The notes beneath the pieces are model-generated. The model was not told the DNA's origin. It made no database searches and saw only the letters and a program-made list of their open reading frames with translations. Positions 12,920-26,300 of a DNA stretch of 64,000 nucleotides are shown here, piece by piece. The stretch comes from Paraspadella gotoi. Taxonomy: Eukaryota; Animalia; Chaetognatha. The DNA is taken from assembly GCA_051294375.1 (NCBI GenBank), contig CM119271.1:4716421-4780420 (forward strand), read 5' to 3'. Made by a program: the position numbers and the translations under genes. How positions within the stretch are numbered: position 1 is the stretch's first letter; each line of letters begins with the position of its first letter.

Positions 12920-13397
12920 GATTGAGAGGATTAGATGATTCGGAGATTTGATACGAATCTTCAAATTTCGATACCAAAATAATAAAAAAAAAAATAAAAA
13001 AAAATTAATCCACTTTCTTTTTCATTTTTATTTCTCTTCATTACTTTTACTTTTAATCCGTTCCTTTCCTTTTATTCTATTCACCCAGAGAGAGACAGAG
13101 ACACGAATGCGCATATTTTTGGCCGGCGGATTTTTCTCTCTCTCTCTCCGATGACATCCTTAGATAAACGATTAACGGAATTGATCACGTCTTACTCGGC
13201 TCGGAATGCGTATCTGTGTTCTGTTTTGTTTATTAGTATAACTTTTGTTTTTACGTCGGTCCTTTTCACAAAAGTACAAACTTGTCTACCGCGAGTAATT
13301 TTTATCAATTAATATTTTCGCGCGTTTTCTCCTTTAAAATGAATTAGGATCTATTTCGTCTTTCTTCCGCTCGGAAACAAAAAAAAAACTATAAACA

Positions 13398-14946
13398 ATG
13401 GAAACGAGGCTGGCGACGAGTCTCTGCCCCGAACGCCTCGTCGATTCTGAGACGAACTCGACGAAGAATCTCGACGACGATGTCGACCTCATCGCATCCC
13501 CTGCCCCACATCGATCCTCCTACCTCTTCATTCGCCGCCCAATCGCCCGCCGACTCCGCCCATCCCGCCTCTGTAAAACCGGCGCCACGTCGCCGCCGAC
13601 TCGACCCCGGAAACTGAGGATTATCCGGCCGACGTCGCCGGTCCGAACTCGCCCATCGCCGCTCCTCTTTTTCCTCCTTTTCGCCACACTTTCTCCACTT
13701 ACCTTGGCCCAACTTATCTTCGAACCCAACCCCGAATTGACAGTGTTCCCTCAGGCCATCACCCCTCAGCCCAACGGCTACACCCGCGGCCCCTCGCGAT
13801 GCTACGACGACCAGGGGCGGCCCCAGAGGTGCGTCCCTCCTTTCGTCAACGCGGCCTTCAATCAGAGGGTCGACGCCACCAACACTTGCGGGATTCCGGC
13901 GATCGAGTTTTGTCGACAGACTGGACATCAAACGGGTTAGGAGGGTGGGAGACTGGAGGGAATCCGGGGCGTTGATATAATTGGTGGACGTTTTTAAAAT
14001 CTAAAAATAATGTCATTAAATGTGAGATAATAGCTAGTTGGCTTTAATATTTCAATTTTTTTTCTCACAATTTTATTTTTTATATATTTTGATAATTTAT
14101 TCTTAAAACCTATTCCGAGCACCACTTGAGCCCTGCCCTGCTTTTTGAATGGTGTCCAGTGTCCACCTCTCTAAATTAGTTAAATAAATAAGTGAAAGCG
14201 GGGTGTTAAGAAAGAATAGCAGGGGGTTGTCTATTTAGTGGTAGGACGATTTGGCCGGTGGAGAATATGCCCCCCCCCAAAAAAAAAAGTTGTTGAAGTT
14301 TTCATGAGTTTTATTTCCCTTTTAAATTGAGAGAGTTTTTGACACCTAAAAGCTTTTGACGTTGTTAAGAGAAAGTTATTGCAATAACACAAACATTCTT
14401 CGGTCTTCGACGAGAAAGAACCGCCTTAATTTTTTTCTAGGTCAAATTTATAAAACGCAATATTTGTTAACGCGATAGGTTTATGTTTAATTAAAGTTTT
14501 AGCGAAGGCGAAGGTGCTCTTTATTAAAAAAAAAAAAAAAAGTCCCAAAGTTTGTTGTCGCGACCTCCCCGCGGGGGAATGTTGTTTGAATCTATTAGGC
14601 GGCGTTTCCTGCCAGCGGCCCGCCTCTCTCTCTCCCTCGCCCGCCCCCGACGCCCCCCCCTTTCCACTTTTTCCCCAAAAACCTTCACCTTTCCAAGAGA
14701 GCATTATGCCCGCTTTTGGTTAATCCCTCTTTTGATTCTTAAGACTATATACAACCCTACAAGAGGGAAACAATGAGAAGCGAGAGAGGCCCTTACGGGA
14801 CCCCCCTTACCTCCGCCCCCCCCCCCTTTTTCGGGCTCCGATTTCTTTATTTGTTGACGAAAACTGGAACGAAATTTTTTTTCATTTTTAGAAATGAGAT
14901 TAATCGACCTCATCGCTTTTTCTCGGTTGAGAAGTTCCCAGGACTA

Positions 14947-14978
<32 letters not shown>

Positions 14979-17900
14979 CGCCCAGATTCTATAAAAACCG
15001 CAACGATTTAAAAAAAAAAAGAATTTATTTTTAAAAGAATAACAATTAGTAGGGTAATCTGATAAAGATTTTAAAAACGTTTTGTTTACATAAATAATAA
15101 CAAAAGGGAAGAGAGGGAGCCCCAACTCATCCGAGGTGGCCAAACTATGTCAGTTTCGCGAGGAAAACAAACAGAAATAACCGTTCGCCTTTCTCGACTC
15201 CCCGGGTCTTCAATCGGAAATGAGGAAAGAGCGAGAAAAAATATTTTTTTTCCATTCCTCCCCTTAACTGAAGAAAACGAGCCTAGGTCCTAGCGAAAGT
15301 TTTCGTAGCTTGCTCTTGTACCCTTGAAATACCTAATGCAAAGTAAAGGTTTGGGGCGGCGGCGGCATTTTTAACAATCTTAGATTTTTTTTATATAATT
15401 CACAGAATTCGATGTACCTTTATTTTCGCTCGATTTCACGAAGATTAAAATACTCCTTAAAACCTTAATTTATCTTCGTTTATATTTCTAACGTGGAAGA
15501 AGGAAAACATTTGTCCGTCATCATCCTCTCTGTATTATCAAAACAAAGACATTCTCTCCTTCACTTTAGCTTCTAAACAAAAAAAAAAGTTGTTCCGGGG
15601 CAAGTCCTGATGGAAGACTCGTCCTTTTTTCACCTCCACCCTCAATTCCCGCCCTCCAAATAAGACGGTTGACTGTCTCAAGACCCCAACGCCCCTCGCC
15701 TCGAAGACAAGAAGAAAAAAAAAAACCGGGTGTGGTCGAGAGAAGAGGGCGTGCTCGTTTTGTGTGCACGCGTGTGTTTTTTTTTCTTGCGTGCGTCTTG
15801 CGTGTGTGTTTGGGGTCCGTCTGTGTTTTTAAACCTTTCGTTTTTACGGGTTTCTTTGTATCGAGGCAAATCTTCCTCCCTCAACACCCAACCCCCCCCC
15901 CTCAACCGCTTCCCCCCACCTCCTCGAATCCAGGTTTCGTCGAGATCTGGAGGCAACTCTTTCCCCCCCCAACTATTCCAGGTTTTCCTTCGGTATTACA
16001 TACGGCCGTCTGGGTTTTTTTTTTTTTTTCCCCGATTACATCCTTTGGCGGAAAAGCCGTAGAGGAAATCGAATTCCAGAGATTTGATTGCCTTCTCTTT
16101 CACCCCCCTCCACTCACCCCTCACCCCCAAAAAAAAATAAAATGTACGGGGCTGTGGCTCCTCTCCTCCGGCAATCTGTTAATTAATGTTATTGTTAACG
16201 GGTTTTTTTTTTTCGACCCGCCCTGAACTGATACGATTTTTTTTCTTATTTTACAGTTAATATGTAATCGGAATTAAAATTATGATAATATAAAGAAAGA
16301 TAGTTTATTCTCTTGTTGGAATTTCTCGTCTCTTCGCTCAATCAGAATTTTCCTTTCGTTTGCTTACCCTCAGTGCGCCGGATGTTGTAGTCCTTACCAA
16401 AATTTCTTCTTTCCTATAGAGCGTGTGGCGGCTTTTAATTTTTTTTTTTTGCCTTCCGCCGCGTAAGCTTAACCATCTCGGCTTCGAAATGATTTTTAAC
16501 TTACCGTCACGTCTCTTTAACTTACCTCAGGCGCCACCCGATCCTGCGACATCTGGACGCGACGGACCCAAACCGCGCCCACCCGCCACGCTACCTCACC
16601 GACTTCAACAACGATTCTAACATGACCTACTGGCAATCTGAGACGATGCTGCAGGTAAGGCGTCTTGCGGACGATCCTGCAGATTCTATACGTATATTAG
16701 AGAATGCTGCGAAAGAAGATAACTAACGTCGGTTTTACCAATATTTGTTCGGTATGAAACTAATCATTGTGATAATTAAATGCTACGTTGTGAAACGAAC
16801 GTACTAATCTCAACAAACTAGTTCAATAAATATATTACATAACTTGGTTGGAACTTGAGAGGGAATATCTTTTCTTAATACTACACTGCGGCGCAAAAAA
16901 AAAGACACTTGTTAGCTCTCCCCACTAATTCTTTTAATTTTGAAAAAATATTTATAAAAAGTATAGCTTTTTAAAAAGCTATCGATTGGTGCAAAAAAAA
17001 ATTAATTGGTTCAGGCAGTAATATACAGAATATTTTAAAAGTCAGTCTGAAAACGGAATTGGGGGGAAAATGATTTTTGGAGGTTAAGTTGATAATTTTT
17101 TTTGACTGATGATTAAAGATTATTTTCTAATAAGTTTTTTACTTATTTTAATTTATTTAGGTCAAAAATGGTTGATACCTATCCCTAAGATATTTTAGTA
17201 AATTTTTTTTAGCCAATTTCATATTATAAACATTTTATAATAAGGAAAAGTAATTGATTTTTGTTAATTAAAAAAAAACAAACTAATTTCTTTTTTCCCT
17301 GATTTTTTGTACAAATCGATTTTGACGTCCTATAACTTTTAAACGCTTTACTCGATTATATTGGGAATTGAACCAATTGCTTCATCTTTCAATTAGCTTT
17401 ATTTTATGTTTCTATATCTTAGTAGAATTCAGCCATCCAATATAGTTTTTTTTCGATGTGAAAGTGTCTTCTTTTTTTTTGAGCAGCAGTGTAAAAGCAA
17501 CTCTTCGAAACCTAATATTTGTCCCATTAATCCTTTTTCTCGATGACATTTTTCCTTTTTTTTTCCTCAGGGAATTCAGTTTCCCAACTCGGTCAATCTC
17601 ACGCTTCACTTGGGAAAGAGTTTCGACATTACCTACGTCAGGCTTAAATTCTATTCCTCGCGACCGGGTAGGGAACGGGTTTGGGTAAGGGATAAAGATA
17701 AACATTGCGTGGAATTTTTTTAAGGATGAAACTTTTTTGGGAAAAGATCACGATAGCGAATTTCGGGGAAGTTTGAAATATTTAATCAGTTTTTCTTCCA
17801 TCATCTCGCGTTAAATTTTACGCTTCTTTTCCTACTCTTCCTTTCCTTTATTCCTCCTTTTTTTCCCCCAAACCCTAAACTACCCCGCCCCTACCCCCAC

Positions 17901-19012
17901 CCATCGACAGAGTCCTTCGCCATCTACAAAAAGGCTTGCGACTCGTGCCGCTTCGAACCTTACCAATTCTACTCTTCCTCCTGCGAAGAGACATACGGTC
18001 GCCCTCGCCGCGGAGTCGTGACCCGACTCGACGAGCGATTGGCCATTTGTACGGACGAATTCTCTGACATCTCTCCATTGACCGGAGGAAACGTCGCCTT
18101 CAGGTGCCGGGGGGGGGGAGAAGAGATTGGCGTATTTAATATCCCCATTGGCCTAATTATGTCGGCCGACAAATAGTGATGGAAAGGTTACAATGATTTC
18201 ATGTTGAAAGTTTTGCAAATGTACACAACCGATTAATGCCCCTATTGGTTAAAAGACGAAGTAAAGGAACTCTTATTTCAATTTTAAGAATCACTTTTCA
18301 AAAAAGTCTTAAACGAAAATATAAGGATGGAAAAACTGCTATATCATTTGACACGATATCGCGGAGCTACCGAGATTTATTTCAAATTCTTCCTTTAAAA
18401 CCCATTACCAAAGCTCTTTTGACCATTTTTCGTTTCTGATACCGCAATATGTAAATGAGTTTTTTTGGTGCTTAACTTCGCAGCACGCTGGAGGGTCGCC
18501 CATCCGCCTACAACTTCGATCAGTCGCCAGAATTGCAAGACTTCGTGACGGCCGTTTCCATCAGGATCACGTTGGACCGAATCAACTCCTTCGGCGACGA
18601 GGTTTTCGGCGATCCTAAGGTGAGATCCTTCGATAATTCGGGGAAACCGATTTGTGAAACGGAATCAAAATTAAGGGCTCGAGCAAAAACTTATCCACCA
18701 TTACCCTTTCTTAAAACATCCGCCCCTATAATTTAGAAGTGACATGCCAAACCTAGAGAAAGAAAAAAAGTGCCTAAGTTTCCCTTTATTTCCGAAAACG
18801 ACGACTAATTTGGTAGAGAAAAAAATACTTTGGGGGGGGAGGTTTAACATTTGCATAGATTCTTTCGCGTCTCGCATTCGATTTAAAGTCTGAAGATCGA
18901 CTCTGGATTCAAAGGGGGGGTCTTTTTTTACCTTCCGCCCCGCTTATTTTGATTTTTTTAAAGGATAAGTTTTATATGCATTTTATTCCTAACCTAACAT
19001 TATTTTTTATTT

Positions 19013-19049
<37 letters not shown>

Positions 19050-20309
19050 ATTTCCCTCTGTTTTTCCTCGTCGTCCTGATTTAAGTTAATATTATTCAAA
19101 TATTTTGCCTTTTTTTTTCCCAATTATTTTTTTCATTGAAAGTCTTCATTTTTTCCTACGGTTTTTTTTTTCCTTCATAAAAAATGAAAATTTTGTTCCA
19201 AGACCCAAATTTTCCCATTCGACTCGAGTTACCGGCTCTTACTCTCAAGCTCTCAGTCTCCCTATCTCGTTCTCTCTAAAATTTAAAGCGCTTTTAATAT
19301 TTGTCTTCATGTTGGATTTGAGACGTTATTTTATTATTTTACAACGTTACAGTTACCCGATACTACTGTTAACCGACCTTTTTTCGCACTACATCTCTCT
19401 CTCTCTCTTACTCTGAGGCTCCGGTCTCTGTCCGAGGGCAGTCATCAATTTCTAATACTTCTTTATAGTTTTAAAAAAATAGAAAGTAGTAGCATAAATT
19501 ATCTTTGACGAGAACGAGCCGCTTAGTAACTTCTTTAGGATTTCAATTTTGTATAAAGTTATTTCTTCCTAATAATTGTCCCGTTTTCAAAGTTTTCTCA
19601 TTTCAAATTCAAACCTCTAATAACGTTCCGTCTTCGATACAGCGCTCGCCACATTTTCTATCAGATTTGATCCCATTATTCAATATTCTGCGATGCTATC
19701 TCTTCCCCCCCCCCCGACTCTGAACAACCGAATATCTCTCTACTTTTTGTTCTTCCAATTAATCCCTACTCCCTTACTTTCTCCCTCGCTCTCCCTCTCT
19801 CTCATCTCGCTCTCTCGGCAATAATCCTAAATAAATATTTTCTCGAGACTTTCGGGCAGGAACGTATTTAACCCCCTTTTCCGTCCGTTAATTGACTCTT
19901 GTCTTTTTTTATTTCGATTTTATTTTTCTTCGAGTTTATAGTAAACTTGTCTTCAGTTGAGAGGGGGGGGAAAAATGTTTAAGATATTTAAAATGTTTGT
20001 ATAAAATGGAACTCTATTCTTCCACAAACCATTTCCCCCTATTGTGCTCAGTTCTTTACTGATTTTGATTTTAACGGGATTGCGCGTTTTGTTAAATGTT
20101 TATTGATATTAAAATTAGTTGAAGAAAAAAGAAAATAAATCTCTTTCTCAGTTTCTGGTATCCATTTTCTATTTCGCCTCTCTTCGCTCCGTTCCTAACT
20201 TTTTTTTTCTAACCTAGAAACGTTTGGCGCAAATCCTAACGACGAACTTCTTGCGACCTTCGGTTGTAACTGGTTGACAAGGGGGGAAGTGGGAATAAGG
20301 GGATGAAGA

Positions 20310-20361
<52 letters not shown>

Positions 20362-23300
20362 AAAAAGAATGAAAACCAAGAGAAAAGACAAGAGATAAAA
20401 GAGCAAGAGAGAATGAAGAGAGAATTAAAACTTTTTACAAGACCTACGCTAAGGCGGAAAAGGTGCCGTGTTCGAGACCTGTGTAGCAAGGAAGGGGGTT
20501 CTCGATGCGAGTGGGGGTGTTCGAAGAAAAATCCCCGGGGTGCTAAGTCCTCATGTTTCGTTCTCTTTTTTCTTACCCTCCCACGCTAAGCCTCCACCCT
20601 CTCTCTCTCTCTCTCTCTTTTTCTAGTGATATTTTCCAGGCATGTGGAAAACATTAAAAAGGGTTTCGAGGGAGAAAAATATTTTCGTGGAATGTCGATT
20701 GGAAAGAAAAAAAATTTGAAATTAAAAAAAAAAAATACAAAGAAAAGTCAAGTGCTGCGGGATAGTCATTTGTCAGTTTTTATATTTCCTAGAAGTAACA
20801 AGATTTTTGTTTTTTATATATTTTCGATTCGTCCACTCAATCGTAATTTTCATTTTTAGCCCATTCCCTCCATCTTTCCAATTCAAAATCTGAACGTTGT
20901 TTCGATTTTTTACGTTTGCTTCCCGAGTATCTTCAAACTCTGTAGAACTCTCTCTCTCTCTCTCTCTCCCTTTTACCTCTTACCTCTTTGCTCCCCTTCT
21001 CCCTCTAATTCCGGTCTGCGTAAACATTAGCCTCTGATTTAATAACAGGTTTCGCACCTTTGTCTCTCTCTCCCTCTCCTCGTTTAGTGGGTGAAAGAAA
21101 ATATTTTTATTTAAATCTGACTCGCGCAAAGGGATCAGTTAATATTTCTCTTGCTATATTACATGTAAATCTGTGTTTTTTTTAGTCATTTACTACTTAT
21201 AACTATCCCTTTTTTCGTTTTTTTCACTTTTTCTACCTCTTATATTGACAGTAGTATATATTTTTGCTTTTCTCTCTTCCTTTTAATTACGCTTTTTTCT
21301 TCTTACTATCATACTATCGTTTTCTATCTTTACTTCCCCGCTTTCTTCGCCCGCTGTGTTACAACTGCCAATCCGCAATCCACATATTTCCTTCTTTTTC
21401 CTTTTTCAAATTCCTTTTATTTTTCTTTTGTTCCTTAATTCTCGAGTTTATGCGCGTATGTAAATACTTTCGAATTCTGTCCCCGTTCTGTGAGACTGGA
21501 TCGAGATCAGGCATAAATTTAAAGACTTTTTTCTCCTAAAGTGGAGATATAGTTGGTTACAGACTCTTGCTGATTTCCACTTTTTGATTATTATCTATTT
21601 ATAATCAATATGCACATATATGTAATTATGTCATAAATAATTTCTTTCTCTTCTGAGTACTGAGTAGTTTTTTTTATTTTTTGTTCTCATGTCTCTCTCT
21701 CTTTCTCTCTCTCTATCTCTCTCTCTCAAAATCAATTGGACTGGTTGGATGGGAACCTCTTTGGTCTCCGGGGATCCTGTCCCGGGCGTCGGCGTCTTTT
21801 GAGCAGATCAAAATCCTTCCAAACATTCGAAGACAAAAACTTTAACAAAGTTTTTGCGGATAAAAACGGGATAAAAAAAGGATGATAGTATTAAACTATT
21901 TTAAAGGAAGAGAAGGGAAAACTTGAAGGGAGGAGGTTTCGGCCTTAGGAAGGAATTATGATTTCGTGGGACGCCCAATTTCAAGATTTCGAGGCTCACT
22001 TTTCATCGACATTAAAAAAAAATGAAATGGTCATTGGTCAAAGCGCCTAATTACCAGGTCACAATTAATAACTACAATTTGAAAAAGTAACGAAATTTGA
22101 AACGATTCAATTTTTAATTCTTAAGATCACGTCGGTGTATAATGTAATCATTACTACAAAATTTCTTTCCATTTTATTAACTACTATTCAATTCATTATT
22201 CCACATCCAGGTCTTAAAATCCTACTACTACGCCATCTCGGATTTCGCCGTCGGTGCTCGATGCAAATGCAACGGCCACGCCTCCGAATGCGTTAACTCT
22301 ACGGGTCAGGGTCTAAGCCCAAAGTTGGTGTGCCGGTGCGAACATCATACTACCGGTCAGTGTGTTGCGGGAATGAAAAGCGAATTTTAAAATCGGGCTA
22401 ATGATTTGGAAAGAGTAAAGAAGCTTCAGGAAACTACCCATTATAATAAAAAAAAAAATTTTAATTATAAAAATTTAGTTTACATGCTCAGAATTAAACA
22501 AACAACGTTTTCTCTTGTTTTCTTAATTTCACTATCATCTGTTCGAAATCAAGATTGTCATCAAAGATTTTCATATTTTTTCATTAGTAATCAAGAACTT
22601 CGCTTCATATCTACTATCTAACCTCTTAAACTGTCTACTATCCTCGATAAGGGCCCGACTGCGGCGAGTGTCTCCCCTTCTACAATGACCAGCCTTGGCA
22701 GAAGGCGACTGGCATCGACGCCAACGAATGCAAGGCTTGCAACTGCAACAACCTGGCTACGCGATGCTTCTTCGACCAAGAGCTGTGGCGCAAGACGGGA
22801 TCGGGAGGACATTGTCTGGACTGTCAGCGGAACACGACAGGTAGTGTTGACGTTTTTAAGGATTGTTGAATGTTTCAGGGAAGATTGAGATTGTAGGGTG
22901 AGTGTGTGCATTTGCAAGGCCTTTCATGCTAAATTTCTTTCGTTTTCGGTGTTTCTTTTGTATTCCTTATTGTCCCCATCACACTTTCTGACCTAATTTT
23001 TTCCTTTTTTTTCTTTCATTTTCTTCTCCCACCCTCCTGTCATATCTAGGTCCCCACTGCGACCAGTGCAAAGAAAACTACTACCGACAGCCAGAGAATA
23101 ACGATTGCATTCACTGTCGCTGCAACGATTTGGGATCGGAGAGCGGACAGTGCGACGCTATCGGCAGATGCAGGTACGGGCTGTCTCACGCTTTCAGTAG
23201 ATTCATTTAGAACGAGTGCGAGGTTAGGAAAGTTGGAGAGGAAAAGTAAAAGAATAAAAAATTACAGAAACATTTTTCGAACCAAAACAATTCCCCCCCC

Positions 23301-26300
23301 CCACGTCTCTGCAGATGCAAACCCGGGGTTGGCGGAGTTAAATGCGACAGGTGCCTGCCTAACTTCTACGACTTTTCATCGTTCGGGTGCCGACCCTGCG
23401 CCTGCGTGGAGGCAGGGAGTCTGAACAACAATCCGACCTGCGAGACAAACACCGGTGTCTGCCGGTGCAAGGAACACGCCGAGGGACAGAATTGCGACAC
23501 GTGAGTCGAAAAATCTCGTTTGCATTTTGTCGTGATTTCATTTTTTTCCTTTATCTTAAATTGAGTGAAAGAGTGCTTTTGGGCCCCTAATTAACTTGGC
23601 TTTAATTTTATTAGTACTCATGTCCTATGTAAAAGTGACGAGTAAATTTAACTTTCAATTGATTGCAACAAAATTTGAAAAGTTTGCAGGGTCCTTTTAT
23701 ATTACTAACCCACCAAAGCCTGTCCCTAAGTCATGAATGAGAGAGCCTATTTATTAAATGAATGTATAATTGTTTTATTGGTTGTAGCAGTTTCGGAATC
23801 TGTATCAAGTATTTCGGATCTCTATTCCGTCAGGTGCAAACCCGGTTTCTTCAACTTAGACTCGGAAAATGAATTTGGCTGCATGGCCTGTTTCTGCTAT
23901 GGCCAGTCGAGTCAGTGCCGCGCCTCGCACGGATTCTCGCCTTACCAAATATTCTCCGCTTTTAAGGTAAGTTCTGAAAATATTTATCTCGAAGAAATGT
24001 TTCGAAAAAGTTGATAACAAAATAATAAGCTTATAAAACTAAATTGTTTGTGAAATATTTTTTTTATAACCTACGTCCTCGCCGTCAGACCGATTCCGAG
24101 GGATGGACCGTTGAGACGAAAGATCGCCGTTCCTCTCTCCCCCTCACCTTCAACCCTCTCCTCGAAAATGTTCAAACTCGCTCGGCTAACGAATCGGAAT
24201 CTCTTTACTTCTCCGCGCCGTCGTCCTACTTGGGTGAGTTAATCCAGAGACAAGTTTCCCTTATCTTTTATGCGTAAGTAAATTTCATTTCCCCCCCCCC
24301 CCAACTTATTTCTTCGTCAGCATCTCATTAGTGATTTCCCCCCACCCTCGATCAGGTGACCAGCGATTCTCCTACAACAAACAGTTCCGCTTCAAACTGC
24401 GCGTGACCGGTGACGCGGCGCGCGCCTCTCGCGAGGACGTCGTCGTCGAGGGAAACGGGATGCGTGTCTCGGCGCCGATTTTCGCGCAGGGGAACCGTTT
24501 GCCGGACGATCGAGAGGACAGGTGGGGCGATTGAAAGGAAGCGACTGTGTGAATGTATAGCGACGTGAATTGATGTGAAAGTTGATCCAAGTTCATTAAA
24601 AAATGTTAAAGAAATGAAGAGTTTTACCATCGGTCAAACTAGATTGTATTTCATTCCTGTGAACAAACGTGTTTGTTAAGTATTTGGCAAATAAACGGGA
24701 CGAGGTTCAGATCGAGAATCGGGAACCATTATTATGGTTTTAGTTTTAGCATTATTTGGAATTGATGTCTGTATTATTCGTTGGAGAATAAATTATTTTC
24801 CACAAGTAAATAATTTTTTTTAAAACTTGTTTTTGCCGTTTTCACCCGCATCCACAGAGAGTTCGCCTTCCGCCTCCACGAACACCCTGCCTTCCAGTGG
24901 AGCCCCCGCGTCGACACCCTCGCCTTCCAAAAGATCCTCGCCAACTTGACCGCTATCCGCCTTCGCGCCTCTTTCGCGCCAAACGGTGCCGCCGTCCTCG
25001 ACGACGTCAGCCTCGAGTCGGCGCGGCGTTCCAACGATCCGGACAACGCGGCGCCTTGGGTAGGTTTGGTTTGGAAACTTTGTGGGGAGGGGGTCGTGTG
25101 CGGAATTTTAGGCTTCAAATTTTTCTTTACTCAAATCCAAAGGTCGAAGAGTGCACCTGCCCTGCCGGCTACGTTGGCCAGTTCTGCGAGAGCTGCGAGC
25201 CCGGTTACCGGCGCGACCCTCCCGGGGGTGGCCCCTTAGCCAGATGCATCCCGTGCAACTGCAATGGTCACTCGACCACCTGCGACGTCGATACCGGCCG
25301 ATGCATTTGTCGCCATAATACGGAAGGCGCCAATTGCGAGCGCTGCGCCAACGGATTTTACGGATACGCGTTGAAGGGCACGTCCGATGACTGCCGACCG
25401 TGCCCCTGTCCAAAGCAGGGGCCGTGCGTGGAACTCTTGGATGGAGACGTTATTTGCACCGCTTGTCCAAGTGGTAAAGAAATGAGGATTTTACAAAATC
25501 ATAATGATAAACATAAAAATTTGAGGCCCGTTTTTTGGTCATCTTACCTTGAAGATGAACTATAGCAATTATTATTTTCACTATATTGCTCTATTAGCTA
25601 AACCGACGTGTCTCTCTAGGCTACGCCGGTCATCATTGCGAGATGTGCGCAGACGGTTTCTATGGCGACCCCAGAAACAACATCCCCTGTCGCGCCTGTC
25701 AGTGCAACGGGAACATCGATCGCAACGCCGTCGGCAATTGCAATCGAACCACCGGGCGGTGCCTCAAGTGCATCTACAACACGAGGGGATTTAACTGCCA
25801 GGAGTGCAAGGAGGGTCATTACGGAAATCCGCTTAGTCCAAATCAAAACGACAAGTGCAAGGTTAATTAATAAAAATATATTTAAGAAATTTTGACTATA
25901 TAAATCCAAGATAACTTTTTACAGATTGCAGAAATAATGAATTCATCCCCTTGGTAGGCCTGCGACTGTTTCGTGGCCGGCACTGTGTCCGAACCCGATA
26001 CGATCCCCCAGTGCGACATCTCCACCGGCCAGTGTCCGTGTCAGCCTCATGTGATGGGCAAGAAATGCGACGTTTGTCAAGAAGGATATTGGAACATCTC
26101 GTCGGAAAGAGGCTGTGAGAGATGCGGCTGTGACTTTACGGGTAAGTCTCGTCCAACTTCGATGCTGCGGAGTTTGTTTTTTTTCTTCCCGTCTAATTGT
26201 CCCTGGGTTGTCTTTTGTGCCAATCTGACTGCCTGACTGGCAATTCTCCGCACCAGGATCTCACAACCGATCCTGCGCCATTGATGACGGCCAGTGCCAT

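Noticed and set aside
13398-22840. Netrin gene
   Set aside because: LN-LE start is netrin-like, but it continues into L4, more LE repeats, the nidogen site and a coiled coil, with no NTR domain.
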